A DNA stretch of 64,000 nt, taken from an uncultured Nitrospiraceae bacterium. Lineage in GTDB: Bacteria > Nitrospirota > Thermodesulfovibrionia > Thermodesulfovibrionales > Dissulfurispiraceae. The DNA lies in assembly GCA_963727805.1 (NCBI GenBank), contig CAVSHF010000005.1, forward strand, positions 352,001 through 416,000, in the 5' to 3' direction. Of this stretch, positions 40,284 through 51,014 are shown piece after piece (the stretch's first letter is position 1; every line of letters starts with the position of its first letter). A program made the translations under genes and the position numbers. The notes beneath the pieces are model-generated. The model was not told where the DNA came from. It searched no databases and worked only from the letters and a program-made list of their open reading frames with translations.

Positions 40284-41108
40284 TCATTTCTCCGCTTTTT
40301 TGAATCCATTCTGTTTGCCCAGTGCCTCAACCACAGCCTCATAAACTGCCTTGCCTATCAGTTCCCCGAGCCGACTATGTCCGCCGGTGTATGTTGCCTT
40401 CGGCCCTATAGTGCCCGAAACAACAATGACACTGTCTGTACCGGTTCCCGTCGCCTGGACGGTTTTAGTGTAGGTGCTTGGCACCTTCAAATCCTCAAAG
40501 GCGGCCGTCTTGGCCTCGGTTACTGTAACGATAGCCCTCGCCATAGCCCCGTCGGTGAGACGTGCATTGGTCAAGATCATGATATTCACCGTGCCGTGCG
40601 GCTCCTCTCCCTCAATATTCTTACCCTCGTCAACACCGGTTCTAATGGCATTAGTTTTCGCTCCTGCGGTAACCAATGCGGTAACAACAAACGGCTTATA
40701 CTCTTTTGTGACGACGGCAAGATTATCCATATCAGCAGCCGTGGACATCTGCGCCAGGTCCGTGCTTTTCAGTCCAAGATCCCTTGCAATCTTTGCCTGA
40801 ACCTGCATGACATACTCCTTTCCGCTACAACTGTCTGCAGTCGTGCACTCTTTACTTAACTTTTCCCATAACAACGGATCGGCGGCGTGATTCATGGCCA
40901 CCATTGCTTCAATAAAGCCATCGGTGGTGGAAAGAGTTCGGCGCCGTTCGGGAAAGCGGACAATCAGCGTCTTTTCCCACAAGCTGTCTCGTTCCGACTT
41001 GATGACTGATGCCGTGGCATTGAGGTCGCGTGTCAGGGGAATATCTCCAGCCAGCACCATCGCAGGGATCAACAAAAGGGTCATTATCGATACAATCAAC
41101 TTCTTCAT
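40284..41108 (-). CDS. cbiZ: Adenosylcobinamide amidohydrolase
   Basis: TAADM, VTAG, GTVN, TEAKT, ATGTGTD. Confidence 0.88.
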   Translation of the reverse strand: MKKLIVSIMTLLLIPAMVLAGDIPLTRDLNATASVIKSERDSLWEKTLIVRFPERRRTLSTTDGFIEAMVAMNHAADPLLWEKLSKECTTADSCSGKEYVMQVQAKIARDLGLKSTDLAQMSTAADMDNLAVVTKEYKPFVVTALVTAGAKTNAIRTGVDEGKNIEGEEPHGTVNIMILTNARLTDGAMARAIVTVTEAKTAAFEDLKVPSTYTKTVQATGTGTDSVIVVSGTIGPKATYTGGHSRLGELIGKAVYEAVVEALGKQNGFKKAEK

Positions 41109-41300
41109 GTGATACCTCCTTATATTCCAAATTCCGTTCAGTGCCGCTATTTTATGCCACTTAAGGTTATCGTAAGCTCAGCCCAATAGAGTTCCGGGGT
41201 TACATCATATGCAAACCAACTGACGGAATAAAATGGAAGGTGCGCGGCAATAGTGAAGCAGCGTGGTGCACTTTATTCATTTTCTGCTTCTCCTGAAAAT

Positions 41301-41334
41301 AAAAAAATCCCCAAGGCAAAATGCCCTGAGGATT
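41301..41334 (-). terminator. Terminator in the riboswitch expression platform
   Basis: Minus strand AATCCTCAGGGC...GCCTTGGGGATT plus T run. Confidence 0.65.
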
Positions 41335-41470
41335 GCACCCTGATTTACTTCATCCTCTTTCCTTCCAGCCATGGCAAGGAGGGTTGATGAGTGAATGTTG
41401 AGTGGGGAACGGGGTATTCTTTAGGAGTGCCCTAATGATCTTCCCGTCATCAGCAACATGTCACTGAGTA

Positions 41471-41640
41471 TCACAGGCAGGTCTTCTGGCTATCGGATCT
41501 TCCTACTCACCAGCCTTCCCAGAGTTTTCCTCCAGTGGCTCAGTTGGCTTTCGTCCCCGATTACAGCGGCGGGCCCGCTCCCGAATCGGCGTTTCCGCCC
41601 CACGGGATTCCCTATTAATCCTTACGGCACCTGAGATAGT
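41471..41640 (-). ncRNA. Cobalamin riboswitch
   Basis: Minus strand AGGTGC...AATAGGGAATCCCGTG...GCCCGCCGCTGTAA...GCCACTG...GGGAAGG...GCCAGAAGACCTGCC. Confidence 0.93.
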
Positions 41641-42407
41641 ATTTTATAATCCTTAATTGGATCTTTTGTCAACTTAGTGTCAATCGAGATGGTGTCAATG
41701 GAGTGTGTAATCGAGTGTCATCGAGTCGTGGTGTCTATTAAATTGGGCTTTAATATCCCTGATCTGATGAATCATAATTATTAAAATAAACATTCATCAA
41801 TGGATCCAGTCTCAAAGTTTCAGACTTTAGATGGAAAGTTTTTAATAGATTCCACTTCCTGAAACTCTTTGGTAGGAGTGGCTATAAACACCCTAAGATA
41901 GTTGCAGGAAGAATTTTTTTGCCGGGGATAGGGAGAGCAAACGCCCCATTTAAATTCTCTAATATGTGTTGTACAGGACATAATTAATACCCAGCTAACT
42001 ATATTTCTGGTAGTAATCTCCAAAATTATCAGCATGAGCACTAGTGGTAATTACTGTGAAGCAAGTGAGTGTGCACCTCGATATTTCTGGATGCAAGGTT
42101 ACGAATAAGCGTCAATCCGCTGCGAAGTTGCGGATTGACGTGTGAAGGACTAAGCCGCTGTGCGGATATGTCAATTCAATCGAAGATTATCCTTCCTTAT
42201 ACTATCGGCAGTGGCATCTTTTAGGATATATAGGAGCAAGTCTTGCTGAACAAGGCTGATAGGCAGCGTCTTTAATGCCCCTGTTTGACCTTTGCGATGA
42301 TGTGCAAGGGCCGAAAGTGGCGTTTTCGGACAACAAGACCGTGTTGCGAAAAGAGATGTTTTTTTCGCGGGGCGATATTGAGGCGATTTTTGAAACGACC
42401 ACGGTTT

Positions 42408-43604
42408 TCATCGGCATTGCTCCGGAGGATCGTTGCAGCGGCGGGGAGGCAGAATCTCAATTCGGCGCATCTTGCCTTTTTTGCAAACGGGGCAGGTGGT
42501 GACGTCAATGCCGCAGATCCTTAGCAGCTGTTCCTGCCAGGTCTCAGGCTTGTCCTGCTCTTTCATTACGGTGTTGTGACTGTCAAGAAGCTCGCGGCAT
42601 GCAGCAATGTTATCTCTACGTTTCCTGTTTGCCAGCAGGCCGAAGTGCCTTATCCGAACGTATCGATTCGGCAGTACATGCAGAAGGAATCTTCTGATGA
42701 ACTCATCGGCCTGCAGAGTCATCACCTTGTGCTTATCGTCATCTGCGTAATCACGCCATTTGAACGAGACCTTGCCGTTTTCGGCCTCGATTATACGATT
42801 GTTGCTGATGGCGATCCTGTGCGTATATCGGCCGAGATATTGCAGGACGCCGCCAACTCCGTCGAAGGGCGGTTTGCAGTAGACAACCCACTTCTTGTGA
42901 TAAAGCTTTCTTCTGAGCATCTCGAAGGTATGGGAATCGCCGAGATGACTTATTCCTCCGGGAAAGATAAGATCACCCGCTTCAAAGATCCTTTTCAGAT
43001 GATCGAGGAACTTTCCCCGGAACAACGCCGACATTACCCTGACCGGAATGAAGAAGCCTTTGCGGCAGGATACCCAACTGTCTCCGTCGCAAGACAGGCC
43101 GCCTCCGGTGACGACACAGTGGATATGGGGATGGTCCATCAGATTCTGCCCCCAGGTATGAAGGATGCTGATGAAGCCGATGCGGGCACCGAGATGCTTC
43201 TGGTCATTTGAGAGTTCGGTGAGAGTTTCGGAGACACAACGGAACAGCAGATCATACATGACCTTCTGATTCATTATGACAACCGGATTGAGTTCCGACG
43301 GGATAGTGAAAACTACATGGAAGTACTGGATGGGCAAAAGGTCCTGTTGTCTGGCCTCAATCCACTGTTCTTTTTTCAGGGTCTGGCATTTGGGACAGTG
43401 CCTGTTCCGGCAGGAGTTGTAGGATATCTCGACGTGGCCGCAATCCTCGCACTTGTCCCTATGGCCTCCGAGTGCTGCCGTCCTGCATATCTCCACGGCG
43501 TGCATGGCCCGCAGATGACGAAGAGGCAAGGAATGAGACTGCCGATAATCGGAGCCGTAGCGGCGTAAGATATCCGCCACCTCCACACCACGAGACTGGC
43601 GCAT
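42408..43604 (-). CDS. IS91 family transposase
   Basis: YNSCRNRHCPKC, HVVFT, HPHIH, YLGRY. Confidence 0.95.
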   Translation of the reverse strand: MRQSRGVEVADILRRYGSDYRQSHSLPLRHLRAMHAVEICRTAALGGHRDKCEDCGHVEISYNSCRNRHCPKCQTLKKEQWIEARQQDLLPIQYFHVVFTIPSELNPVVIMNQKVMYDLLFRCVSETLTELSNDQKHLGARIGFISILHTWGQNLMDHPHIHCVVTGGGLSCDGDSWVSCRKGFFIPVRVMSALFRGKFLDHLKRIFEAGDLIFPGGISHLGDSHTFEMLRRKLYHKKWVVYCKPPFDGVGGVLQYLGRYTHRIAISNNRIIEAENGKVSFKWRDYADDDKHKVMTLQADEFIRRFLLHVLPNRYVRIRHFGLLANRKRRDNIAACRELLDSHNTVMKEQDKPETWQEQLLRICGIDVTTCPVCKKGKMRRIEILPPRRCNDPPEQCR

Positions 43605-43625
43605 CTGGATTTACGGCTCAGAGTG

Positions 43626-44471
43626 CTACAGATATTTTTTAGTTGCTATGTCCAGCGGACTGACAACTTTTGCCAGATTCATCTTGCTGACATGAAGATA
43701 AACGGTCGTGGTCGTCGGTGACCTGTGCCCAAGAAGCAGTTGGACATGATGAAGACTAGTCCCCGCCTCGATAAGGTGTGTCGCAAAACTATGCCTCAGA
43801 GTATGCACGCAAGCATTCTTTGCGATGCCGGCGCGTTTCTTGGATTTTTGGAATATCTGGTAGATGGAGCTTATAGTGATATGGGTGTTGTCCTTCTCGC
43901 CTTCAAATAACCACTCCTCCGGGCGATATTCCCTCCAATACTGTCTTAAGCACTCAAGGGCAGTCTGCGATAAGATGGAGTAACGGTCCTTTGCCCCTTT
44001 TCCAAGACGGACATAAACCAGCATACTCTTGCTGTCGATATCTGTCACCTTCAGTCGCGCAGCTTCACTTATTCTCAACCCGGCAGAATAGGTGATCATC
44101 AGAAGCGCCTTGTGCTTGATGTTTTCAGTGACTGAGAAAATCGCCTGGACTTCGGACAAATCCAAAACGAGAGGCAGCTTCTTCTGGGCTTTCGGATATT
44201 GAATATTATTGACTACATCCGCACGATTCAGGGTCGTATTATAAAGGAACTTGATCCCGGCCACATAGGTTCTGTATGTCCCCCTCGTTAAACCCCTTTC
44301 TTCCATAAGATGAACCAGATACTGCTTCACTTCCTCTGTACTCAGTTCTTCAGGAGACTTGCCGAAATAATTCTCAAGGTTACCGACTTCCCGGAGATAT
44401 TTCCTTTGGACACCAAGCGTAATGCCCTTCAACTGAAGATCCTGCAGCAACCGTTCTTTCAACGCGCTCAT
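43626..44471 (-). CDS. Tyrosine recombinase/integrase
   Basis: YSAGLRISE, GKGAKDR, HTLRHSFATH, LLGH, terminal Y. Confidence 0.95.
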   Translation of the reverse strand: MSALKERLLQDLQLKGITLGVQRKYLREVGNLENYFGKSPEELSTEEVKQYLVHLMEERGLTRGTYRTYVAGIKFLYNTTLNRADVVNNIQYPKAQKKLPLVLDLSEVQAIFSVTENIKHKALLMITYSAGLRISEAARLKVTDIDSKSMLVYVRLGKGAKDRYSILSQTALECLRQYWREYRPEEWLFEGEKDNTHITISSIYQIFQKSKKRAGIAKNACVHTLRHSFATHLIEAGTSLHHVQLLLGHRSPTTTTVYLHVSKMNLAKVVSPLDIATKKYL

Positions 44472-44810
44472 AATACAATCTCCTTTGAAACTGTTTTCTG
44501 CCAGCTCATGCCGGCAGCACAGCAAAGAGAGATTGTAAAAAGACTTCGATGGTTCAACAAAGAAATGTGATCAGGCAAAAGTGGCTATTCGAAAAAGATG
44601 GTACTACTACTGATAGGCCCTTGCTAATCGAATCCACCGCGCAGCGGTTTAGTCCTACTAAATATAATCGAGGTTGCACCTAACACAGTGAGAGGCTTTG
44701 TTTCAGTCGGAAATACTCAAATTTATTCCATTTTGCTTTAATGCTTATTCTAGCACTCCCAATCTGAGGCGCCAGTATCAGATATTCAATGATTTCCGGA
44801 TTAATAAAAC

Positions 44811-46700
44811 CTAGCGCTGCTTCGTGCGGCCTTGCTTCTTTGCGTAGAGAGAGGTTTTCGTTTTTTCAAGCGTCTGACTGGTTTGTCTCCTCACACGCCC
44901 CCGTTCGCTGCCTCCGCCGGCAAACAGCATTCCAGCCATCTTTTCTTTTCCCAGCTCCCTGAGTGCCTCCAACACCTTTTTGCGTTCATTAAGCTGGTTC
45001 CACAGCAGCAATGCCTTCTGCAAACCTTTTTCACGATCACTACGCGGGACATACACCTCTTTTCCGCTCTCGGGATTGATGCCAGTGTGGAACATACAGG
45101 TCGACAGAGTCCCAGGTGTAGGAGTAAAATCCTGAACCTGCTCAACCGTAAGCCCTAGCTTCTTTAAAGACAGCGCCAGTTCTAGCATGTCGGCCAGCGT
45201 ACAGCCGGGATGTCCCGAGATCAGGTATGGCACAACCTGCTGCCTCTTGCCGATACGGTCATTCTCATCGCGGAATTTCCCAAGAAAGTTTTCAAAGGCT
45301 TTTCTACCTGGTTTGTGCATTAGCGCCGTGACATGCTCAACAAGATGCTCAGGAGCTATCTTGAGCATACCGCTGACGTGATGCGACACCAGCTCACTGA
45401 AATATGCCGACTGACACTCCATTAGATCGTATCGTACCCCTGACGATACCGCCACATGTTTAACGCCGCTGTGGCTGCGAGCCTTGCGTAACAATGAAAC
45501 CGCACGCTTGTCATCCGTTTTGAGATTCTTGCAGATCTGCGGGAAGATGCAACTTTGCTTCCTGCATGATCTCTCAGCATCACGATTGCCGCACGAGAGG
45601 CCGTACATATTGGCAGTGGGCCCGCCGATGTCGCTGATGCTGCCACGGAACCATGACTTGCGGGTAAGCGCCCCGATTTCGTTTAGCACTGAGTTCTCAC
45701 TGCGAGACTGTATCGTTTTGCCCTGATGCGTGCCGATGGAGCAAAAAGAACAACCACCGAAACAGCCACGATGGCTGGTAATGGAGGTCTTGATCTGCTC
45801 CCACGCCGGGATCAAATCATGATACGAAGGGTGCGGCGCCTTCTCAAACGGCAAAGCGTAGACAGCGTCCATTTCTGATTCGGTAAGCGGCAGCGCCGGC
45901 GGCATGCAGACTAGCATGCGGGCACCATGGCGTTGCACAATAGTTCGGGCGCAATGAGGGTTCTGTTCAAGACTTGCGAGGCGGAAGGCCTCGGCAAACT
46001 TCGTTTTGTCTGCGACCACCTCTTCGAATGAAGGGATTTCAAGGATGCTGCTTTCCTCTCTATCAGAAAGCGCAATTGATCGAATATCACGGCTGATATA
46101 GGCCGTTCCGCGTACATTTCGGATGTTTGTCAGAGACTCACCTATCTGCATCCGTCTCGCCACTTCCAAAAGCGGCCGTTCCGCCATGCCGTAAATCAAC
46201 AGATCAGCCTTAGAGTCGAAGAGTATCGACCGCCGGACCTTATCTTCAGTGAAATCATAGTGTGCAAAACGGCGCAATGAGGCCTCTATGCCGCCGATGA
46301 TAACGGGCACATCGTGCCAGGCTTCCTTCAGGCGAGTGGTGTAGATAAGAGTAGCGCGATTGGGCCGTGCCCCATGTACGTTGCCCGGCGTATAGGCATC
46401 GTCGCGGCGCAGTTTGCGGGCTGCTGTGTAATGAGAAACCATTGAGTCCATTGCGCCGGCCGAGACGGCGAAAAACAGTCTGGGCTTTCCGAGTGCTCTG
46501 AATGGATTATGGGAACGCCAATCAGGTTGCGCAATAATCCCGATCCGGTACCCATGATTCTCCAACCAGCGCGCTAAAAGCGGCACGCCGAAAGAGGGGT
46601 GGTCGATATATGCATCGCCGCTGACGAAAATAACATCTAGCTCGTTCCATCCGCGGCTACGAGCCTGCTCTAAGGTCATGGGAAGAAAAGACACAGTCAT
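44811..46700 (-). CDS. YgiQ family radical SAM protein
   Basis: [29 protein letters not shown]. Confidence 0.93.
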   Translation of the reverse strand: MTVSFLPMTLEQARSRGWNELDVIFVSGDAYIDHPSFGVPLLARWLENHGYRIGIIAQPDWRSHNPFRALGKPRLFFAVSAGAMDSMVSHYTAARKLRRDDAYTPGNVHGARPNRATLIYTTRLKEAWHDVPVIIGGIEASLRRFAHYDFTEDKVRRSILFDSKADLLIYGMAERPLLEVARRMQIGESLTNIRNVRGTAYISRDIRSIALSDREESSILEIPSFEEVVADKTKFAEAFRLASLEQNPHCARTIVQRHGARMLVCMPPALPLTESEMDAVYALPFEKAPHPSYHDLIPAWEQIKTSITSHRGCFGGCSFCSIGTHQGKTIQSRSENSVLNEIGALTRKSWFRGSISDIGGPTANMYGLSCGNRDAERSCRKQSCIFPQICKNLKTDDKRAVSLLRKARSHSGVKHVAVSSGVRYDLMECQSAYFSELVSHHVSGMLKIAPEHLVEHVTALMHKPGRKAFENFLGKFRDENDRIGKRQQVVPYLISGHPGCTLADMLELALSLKKLGLTVEQVQDFTPTPGTLSTCMFHTGINPESGKEVYVPRSDREKGLQKALLLWNQLNERKKVLEALRELGKEKMAGMLFAGGGSERGRVRRQTSQTLEKTKTSLYAKKQGRTKQR

Positions 46701-47203
46701 GTTACCGCTTTATATTTCCGAAAGAACGGCCGCCAATACAATTTCTCATAGATCCTTCGTTATGCTTATCCATTATTTATACGGTAGTCTGCAATTATGC
46801 TTACCGTATGCGTCATACTAGCGGTATACACATTTTAGATTAACACTTTTCAACTCTGCAATTATCTGCATCCTGCACAGACTGAGAGGTGTTAGAATCG
46901 ACAGCACACCCGGAAGACGGTAAAGACACTTGTATCGAAGCGTTAAAGTTGCGCGTATAAGATTTCCATGTAAAAATGGAACGGCAACAGAGAATGTGTT
47001 AAGAATAATCTTGCTCACCAGAACACTTTAGGAGTCGTTAGCATCATAAACGCAAATGATGGGGCCAAGGTTATTGGCCACACCTTCGATTCAATATTCT
47101 AAATTACAGTTTTTCGGTTTAGACGATAAAATATCTAGAAGGAACGGTCAAATGTTGCAAGTGGGAGATGACGCAAATGCCTCCTACTCCTACACATCAA
47201 ATA

Positions 47204-48640
47204 TGGTATAACCAGAATATGGACGGTTGTTAACCGTTCATAAAGAGGCAGGAGGACGTGCTTTCTACAGGGTCATAGAATCCTTTTTTCAGTCAGTCCC
47301 CTGTCTCCCAAAACCATGATAAGTTGATCGGGCGATGAGCTCTTGTAAAGATGGAGATATGGTTGGGAGGCATTCCTGCCTAATATCCTATGCGGGAGGT
47401 GCTTGGAGATGAGCAAGGTATTTGTAGGCATCGATGCGGCAAAAGAGTACTCGACTGCCCAGGGCATTGATAGTAACGAAAAGAAGCTTTTTTACTTAAG
47501 GTTCTCAATGGACTCAGCAGGGTTTACAGAGCTTCGGGCTGCGCTTAAGGGCTGCACTGAGAACATGGATGATATTGCTGTAGCAATGGAGTCCACCGGC
47601 TGTTATCATATCAACCTCTTTTCCTTTCTATGCGCGGAGGGATTTCGTTGTGCGGTAGTCAATCCGCTTCTGATATCCAGATTTGTTCAGGGATCATTGA
47701 GGAAGACCAAGACAGATAAGAAGGATGCTATGACCATAGCGCAGTTTCTTCTGAGCAATGAAAAGAAGCTTTGCGCGGTAACTGCGTCCCAGGATGCACA
47801 GGACTTGAGGGATCTGGCCAGGGAGCGGGAGTCTCAGTCATGGATGATCGCATCAATGAAGAATGACCTCAAACGGTTACTGCAGATCACTTTCCCTGAG
47901 TTTGAGACACTACGCAAGAATATTTACACGGAGACGATGCTGAACTTTCTGAGACAGTACCCCTCCGCCAGATTAGTTCGCGAGGCAAAGAGGAGAGATA
48001 TCGACAAAGCTCTCATCTGTCCCGGGGAGAAGCGCAAGAGAGTGCAGATTAGTGCCGACGATCTTATTGCTGCGGCAAAGCGCTCGGTGGGCTCAGCCGG
48101 TAGAGCAAAGGAGCTTATTGTCTCTGAGAAGGCAACCACGATCCTGTATCTTCAGGAAAAGTGCGAGAAGATTACCGAGGCATTGGTAGAAGCGTGTCAG
48201 GCAATGCGGATCGAAGATCTTGAGATCATTAAAACTCTCGATGGAGTAAAAAACATAACTGGATGCAGCTTTTTGGCGGAGATCGGAGAGTTGTCCAACT
48301 TCAAATCATATAAGAGTTTGATTGCTTTCATGGGGCTTGATCCATCTACACACCAGTCAGGGAATCATGTGGGGCCAAGTAAAATATCAAAACGAGGAAA
48401 TCGTCATCTGAGGCGCGTCGTCCATATAATGACACTTTGTGCAGTGAGGTCTGACAATATATTCAGACAATATTATCTCAGAAGGAAGGCTGAGGGATTG
48501 CCTCCGATGAAAGCATTAATGGCGACCTCTCACAAGCTAATAAGAGTGATCTTTTCTATGCTTACACACAGAATGCCGTTTAAAAAGGAGGTGGCTGCTG
48601 TATAGTTGACTGAAAGTCAACACATTGGCTATCTCAGCAC
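47204..48640 (+). mobile_element. IS110 family element (ends approximate)
   Basis: Transposase with ~200 nt structured upstream non-coding end; no terminal IRs. Confidence 0.7.
47409..48605 (+). CDS. IS110 family transposase/recombinase
   Basis: GIDAAK, MESTG, KTDKKDA, GLDP..QSG, SKRGN. Confidence 0.95.
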   Translation: MSKVFVGIDAAKEYSTAQGIDSNEKKLFYLRFSMDSAGFTELRAALKGCTENMDDIAVAMESTGCYHINLFSFLCAEGFRCAVVNPLLISRFVQGSLRKTKTDKKDAMTIAQFLLSNEKKLCAVTASQDAQDLRDLARERESQSWMIASMKNDLKRLLQITFPEFETLRKNIYTETMLNFLRQYPSARLVREAKRRDIDKALICPGEKRKRVQISADDLIAAAKRSVGSAGRAKELIVSEKATTILYLQEKCEKITEALVEACQAMRIEDLEIIKTLDGVKNITGCSFLAEIGELSNFKSYKSLIAFMGLDPSTHQSGNHVGPSKISKRGNRHLRRVVHIMTLCAVRSDNIFRQYYLRRKAEGLPPMKALMATSHKLIRVIFSMLTHRMPFKKEVAAV

Positions 48641-48662
48641 AATCGTTGATTTCCGAAAGTTA

Positions 48663-49300
48663 GTGCGCCACGAGGCTGCACAGGAAGATGAGGGTTGGCC
48701 CCTCGAAGCCGGCTTGCAGGAGCAGGCTTCAACCCACCTTAAGCTGCTGTAGTCGAAAGGCTCCGGTGGTGAGCGTTAAAGGAAAAGGCACGACTAGATC
48801 GTGTCAGGGATGGATCAGAGAGATGAGCGTAAGCGAACCGCTGATGAGGTGTCGAAAGGAAAAGGACGACGTCAAAACTGATGTTCTTACTTTGCATCAG
48901 GATTAGTTCAGGAGATACCTGTTTACTGCCTGAACGGCGTCCGGCATAGAGGCGGCATGAAGCTGATCTAGGCTCCTGTGTGGAACGCGGGAACTCTTCA
49001 TCTGATGCTAAGAGAAAACCCTATAAGTGCAAACGAAGGGGGAAAGTATCGATGCAGGTGAAGGGGTCGGACCGTCCAATAGTACCGATGAAGCGGTGAT
49101 AATAAGCCGTGGAGGGAAGGGGATGGGTCAATCCACAAAGAGTACCAGTCAACTGGGTGACCAGGAGGAACTATCGCTCAATGTGTATGGTTGAGACTGC
49201 AAAGACTCAACTTGATGATTGACACGAGCCGTATGAATCGAGAGGTTCACGTACGGAATCTGTGAGGGGCTGGTGGTGCGATTCCACCGGCCTACTCGAC
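48663..49300 (+). ncRNA. ORF-less group II intron (638 nt)
   Basis: 5' GTGCG; domain V GAGCCGTATGAATCGAGAGGTTCACGTACGG at 49226; domain VI ending CCTACTCGAC; no RT ORF. Confidence 0.85.
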
Positions 49301-49520
49301 CTTTTAAAATCAGATTCTCACATTTAGTTAGAACTCAACAGTGGATGGCCGGGCTAATTGCTCAAATATTATCCTTAAAATAAACGTTTGCGGCCATGTA
49401 GGACAGGCGTTCTAATTATCCATGAAAATTGTTTATGGGCAGGGCCTGGGGAGCGCCATAGCCGCGGGGCACTCTGCAAAGGCTTTCGGTAGGACTTCTT
49501 AGCGGTCAGTTTGCATATGA

Positions 49521-50237
49521 CTATTCTTGAAAGTGGCGAGAGAATTCGTGATACGCTTCAATAACGAGGCCAGCCGGATCGATCACCGGGCGTGCGTTAG
49601 TCACAGGCGCCGAGATACTAATGAAGTCAGCTCCCATTTTGAGCGCATCCGCTGGAGATACAATTGCCGAAGGCTGATGCAAGCCGGGATCGAGATTCCA
49701 AAGCGGATAATTGCCATAGACGATGATCTCAAAATTATTCCCAATTGCAGTATTACGGATAACCGATAGTTCACGCGTGGAACAGATGATCCTCCTAATG
49801 TCCACCCTTAAAGCATCCTTGTCAAGTCGAAGGATAACCTCGTCACAGGTTCTACCATTTCTCCTTAGACATTCTTCATCCGTTCCAATAATCCTCAGAG
49901 AAGCTATGGCGATTGTCATTATTCTGTGGTACAATGCCTGACGCATAGCATACTCATTACAACATCGAAATGTAATGCCCCATGGATTATATGGCTTATA
50001 CATTTCAATACACTCATCAATAGCTGGAAGATACTCACCAAGACGAGTATCAATCATTACTTCGCCATGTTTCCTTATCTCTTCAATAATTTTGACAGAT
50101 TTTTTCTGAAGAGTAGTATTTATTTTAAAAATTAGATTTCTATCTTTTGTTGCTTCGAATATTCGACTCCATTCGCCATAAGGAATTCGATCAAGGTTAA
50201 TAATAAGTCCTTTACACCTCAACATTTGGGTATTCAT
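49521..50237 (-). CDS. Degenerate orotidine-5'-phosphate decarboxylase-like protein
   Basis: FKI, IDTRLGE in place of DxKxxD, SPADALKMGADFISISAPVTNA..DP; GGGAGG RBS. Confidence 0.6.
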   Translation of the reverse strand: MNTQMLRCKGLIINLDRIPYGEWSRIFEATKDRNLIFKINTTLQKKSVKIIEEIRKHGEVMIDTRLGEYLPAIDECIEMYKPYNPWGITFRCCNEYAMRQALYHRIMTIAIASLRIIGTDEECLRRNGRTCDEVILRLDKDALRVDIRRIICSTRELSVIRNTAIGNNFEIIVYGNYPLWNLDPGLHQPSAIVSPADALKMGADFISISAPVTNARPVIDPAGLVIEAYHEFSRHFQE

Positions 50238-50356
50238 GTATGACGTCCTCCCTTCCTAAAATTGAATTTCCTTGAAGTCATTCATTCCTCAGCCACGGCG
50301 TCTACGGCCCAGCGATCAATGAGGAGAAGGTATATCTTTTAGAGTCTGCCGCCTTC

Positions 50357-50914
50357 ATGACAATCGATAAGAAGACCCTTTGGGGGATAGCCCTCATATT
50401 CATGATAACGGTACTACCATCTGTGCTCAGCAATACGGTGATCAGGATAATCACAGCAGTTTTAATGGCCTCTTTTGCAGGCTGGCTCGTCTATTATCTG
50501 ATAAAACTGAAGGTATCTGAGTTCAGGAGGGTTTGCGAAGCAACTGAAAAGAAACGGCTTGCGGATTTTGCAGCGATCAGAGTGCCGGTAAGTAAACTGG
50601 CTCAGGAGCGGGCACAAATCATCCCGGTGCTGGTAGGTCAATTGAAGGAAGTCATTGAACAGACTGAGAACGCTGCTCTTGAAATCGGTGACAAATTCAT
50701 GAGCATCGTCGAGCGGGTCCAGATCCAGGCTACAAAGGCATCGGTTGCTGTCAGCAACAATCAACACGTCAGATTTAGGTCTCTTTACCTTAATCATCAG
50801 TTGTTCCGCCTTCCAGACTTCTTCGCTTTTTTTATTGCTGACGTGTCTCATCGCCTATGTCCTGCCGTTTTATTCTGCACGGTAGAGAATAAGCAATATG
50901 GATGCCTGATTTGA
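50357..50914 (+). pseudogene. Truncated chemotaxis/MCP-like protein
   Basis: Two TMs, QLKEVIEQTENAALEIGDKF, then runs into antisense sequence. Confidence 0.55.
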
Positions 50915-50975
50915 ACTGTTTGAATTAAAAGAGATAATTCGAAATAATGCCTTAGCAGGGATATGATAAAATGCA

Positions 50976-51011
50976 AACTCTAACGTTTTGTTATAACAAA
51001 ACGTTAGAGTT
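50976..51011. repeat. Perfect 36-bp palindrome
   Basis: AACTCTAACGTTTTGTTA|TAACAAAACGTTAGAGTT. Confidence 0.9.
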
Positions 51012-51014
51012 AAA

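Larger units (their letters stand above)
42144..44658 (-). mobile_element. IS91-like element carrying a tyrosine recombinase and a Y2/HUH transposase
   Basis: Gene pair bounded by 22-bp imperfect inverted ends (19/22). Confidence 0.75.

Noticed and set aside
41140..41280. Small ORF or TBDT remnant between riboswitch and cbiZ
   Set aside because: Only 26 aa with no convincing motif
41678..41740. Short degenerate GTGTC/ATCGAG repeats
   Set aside because: Irregular spacing and too short to assign a function
47145..47195. Possible c-di-GMP-I (GEMM) riboswitch from GACGCAAA
   Set aside because: No GNRA-capped P2 stem or P3 hairpin visible
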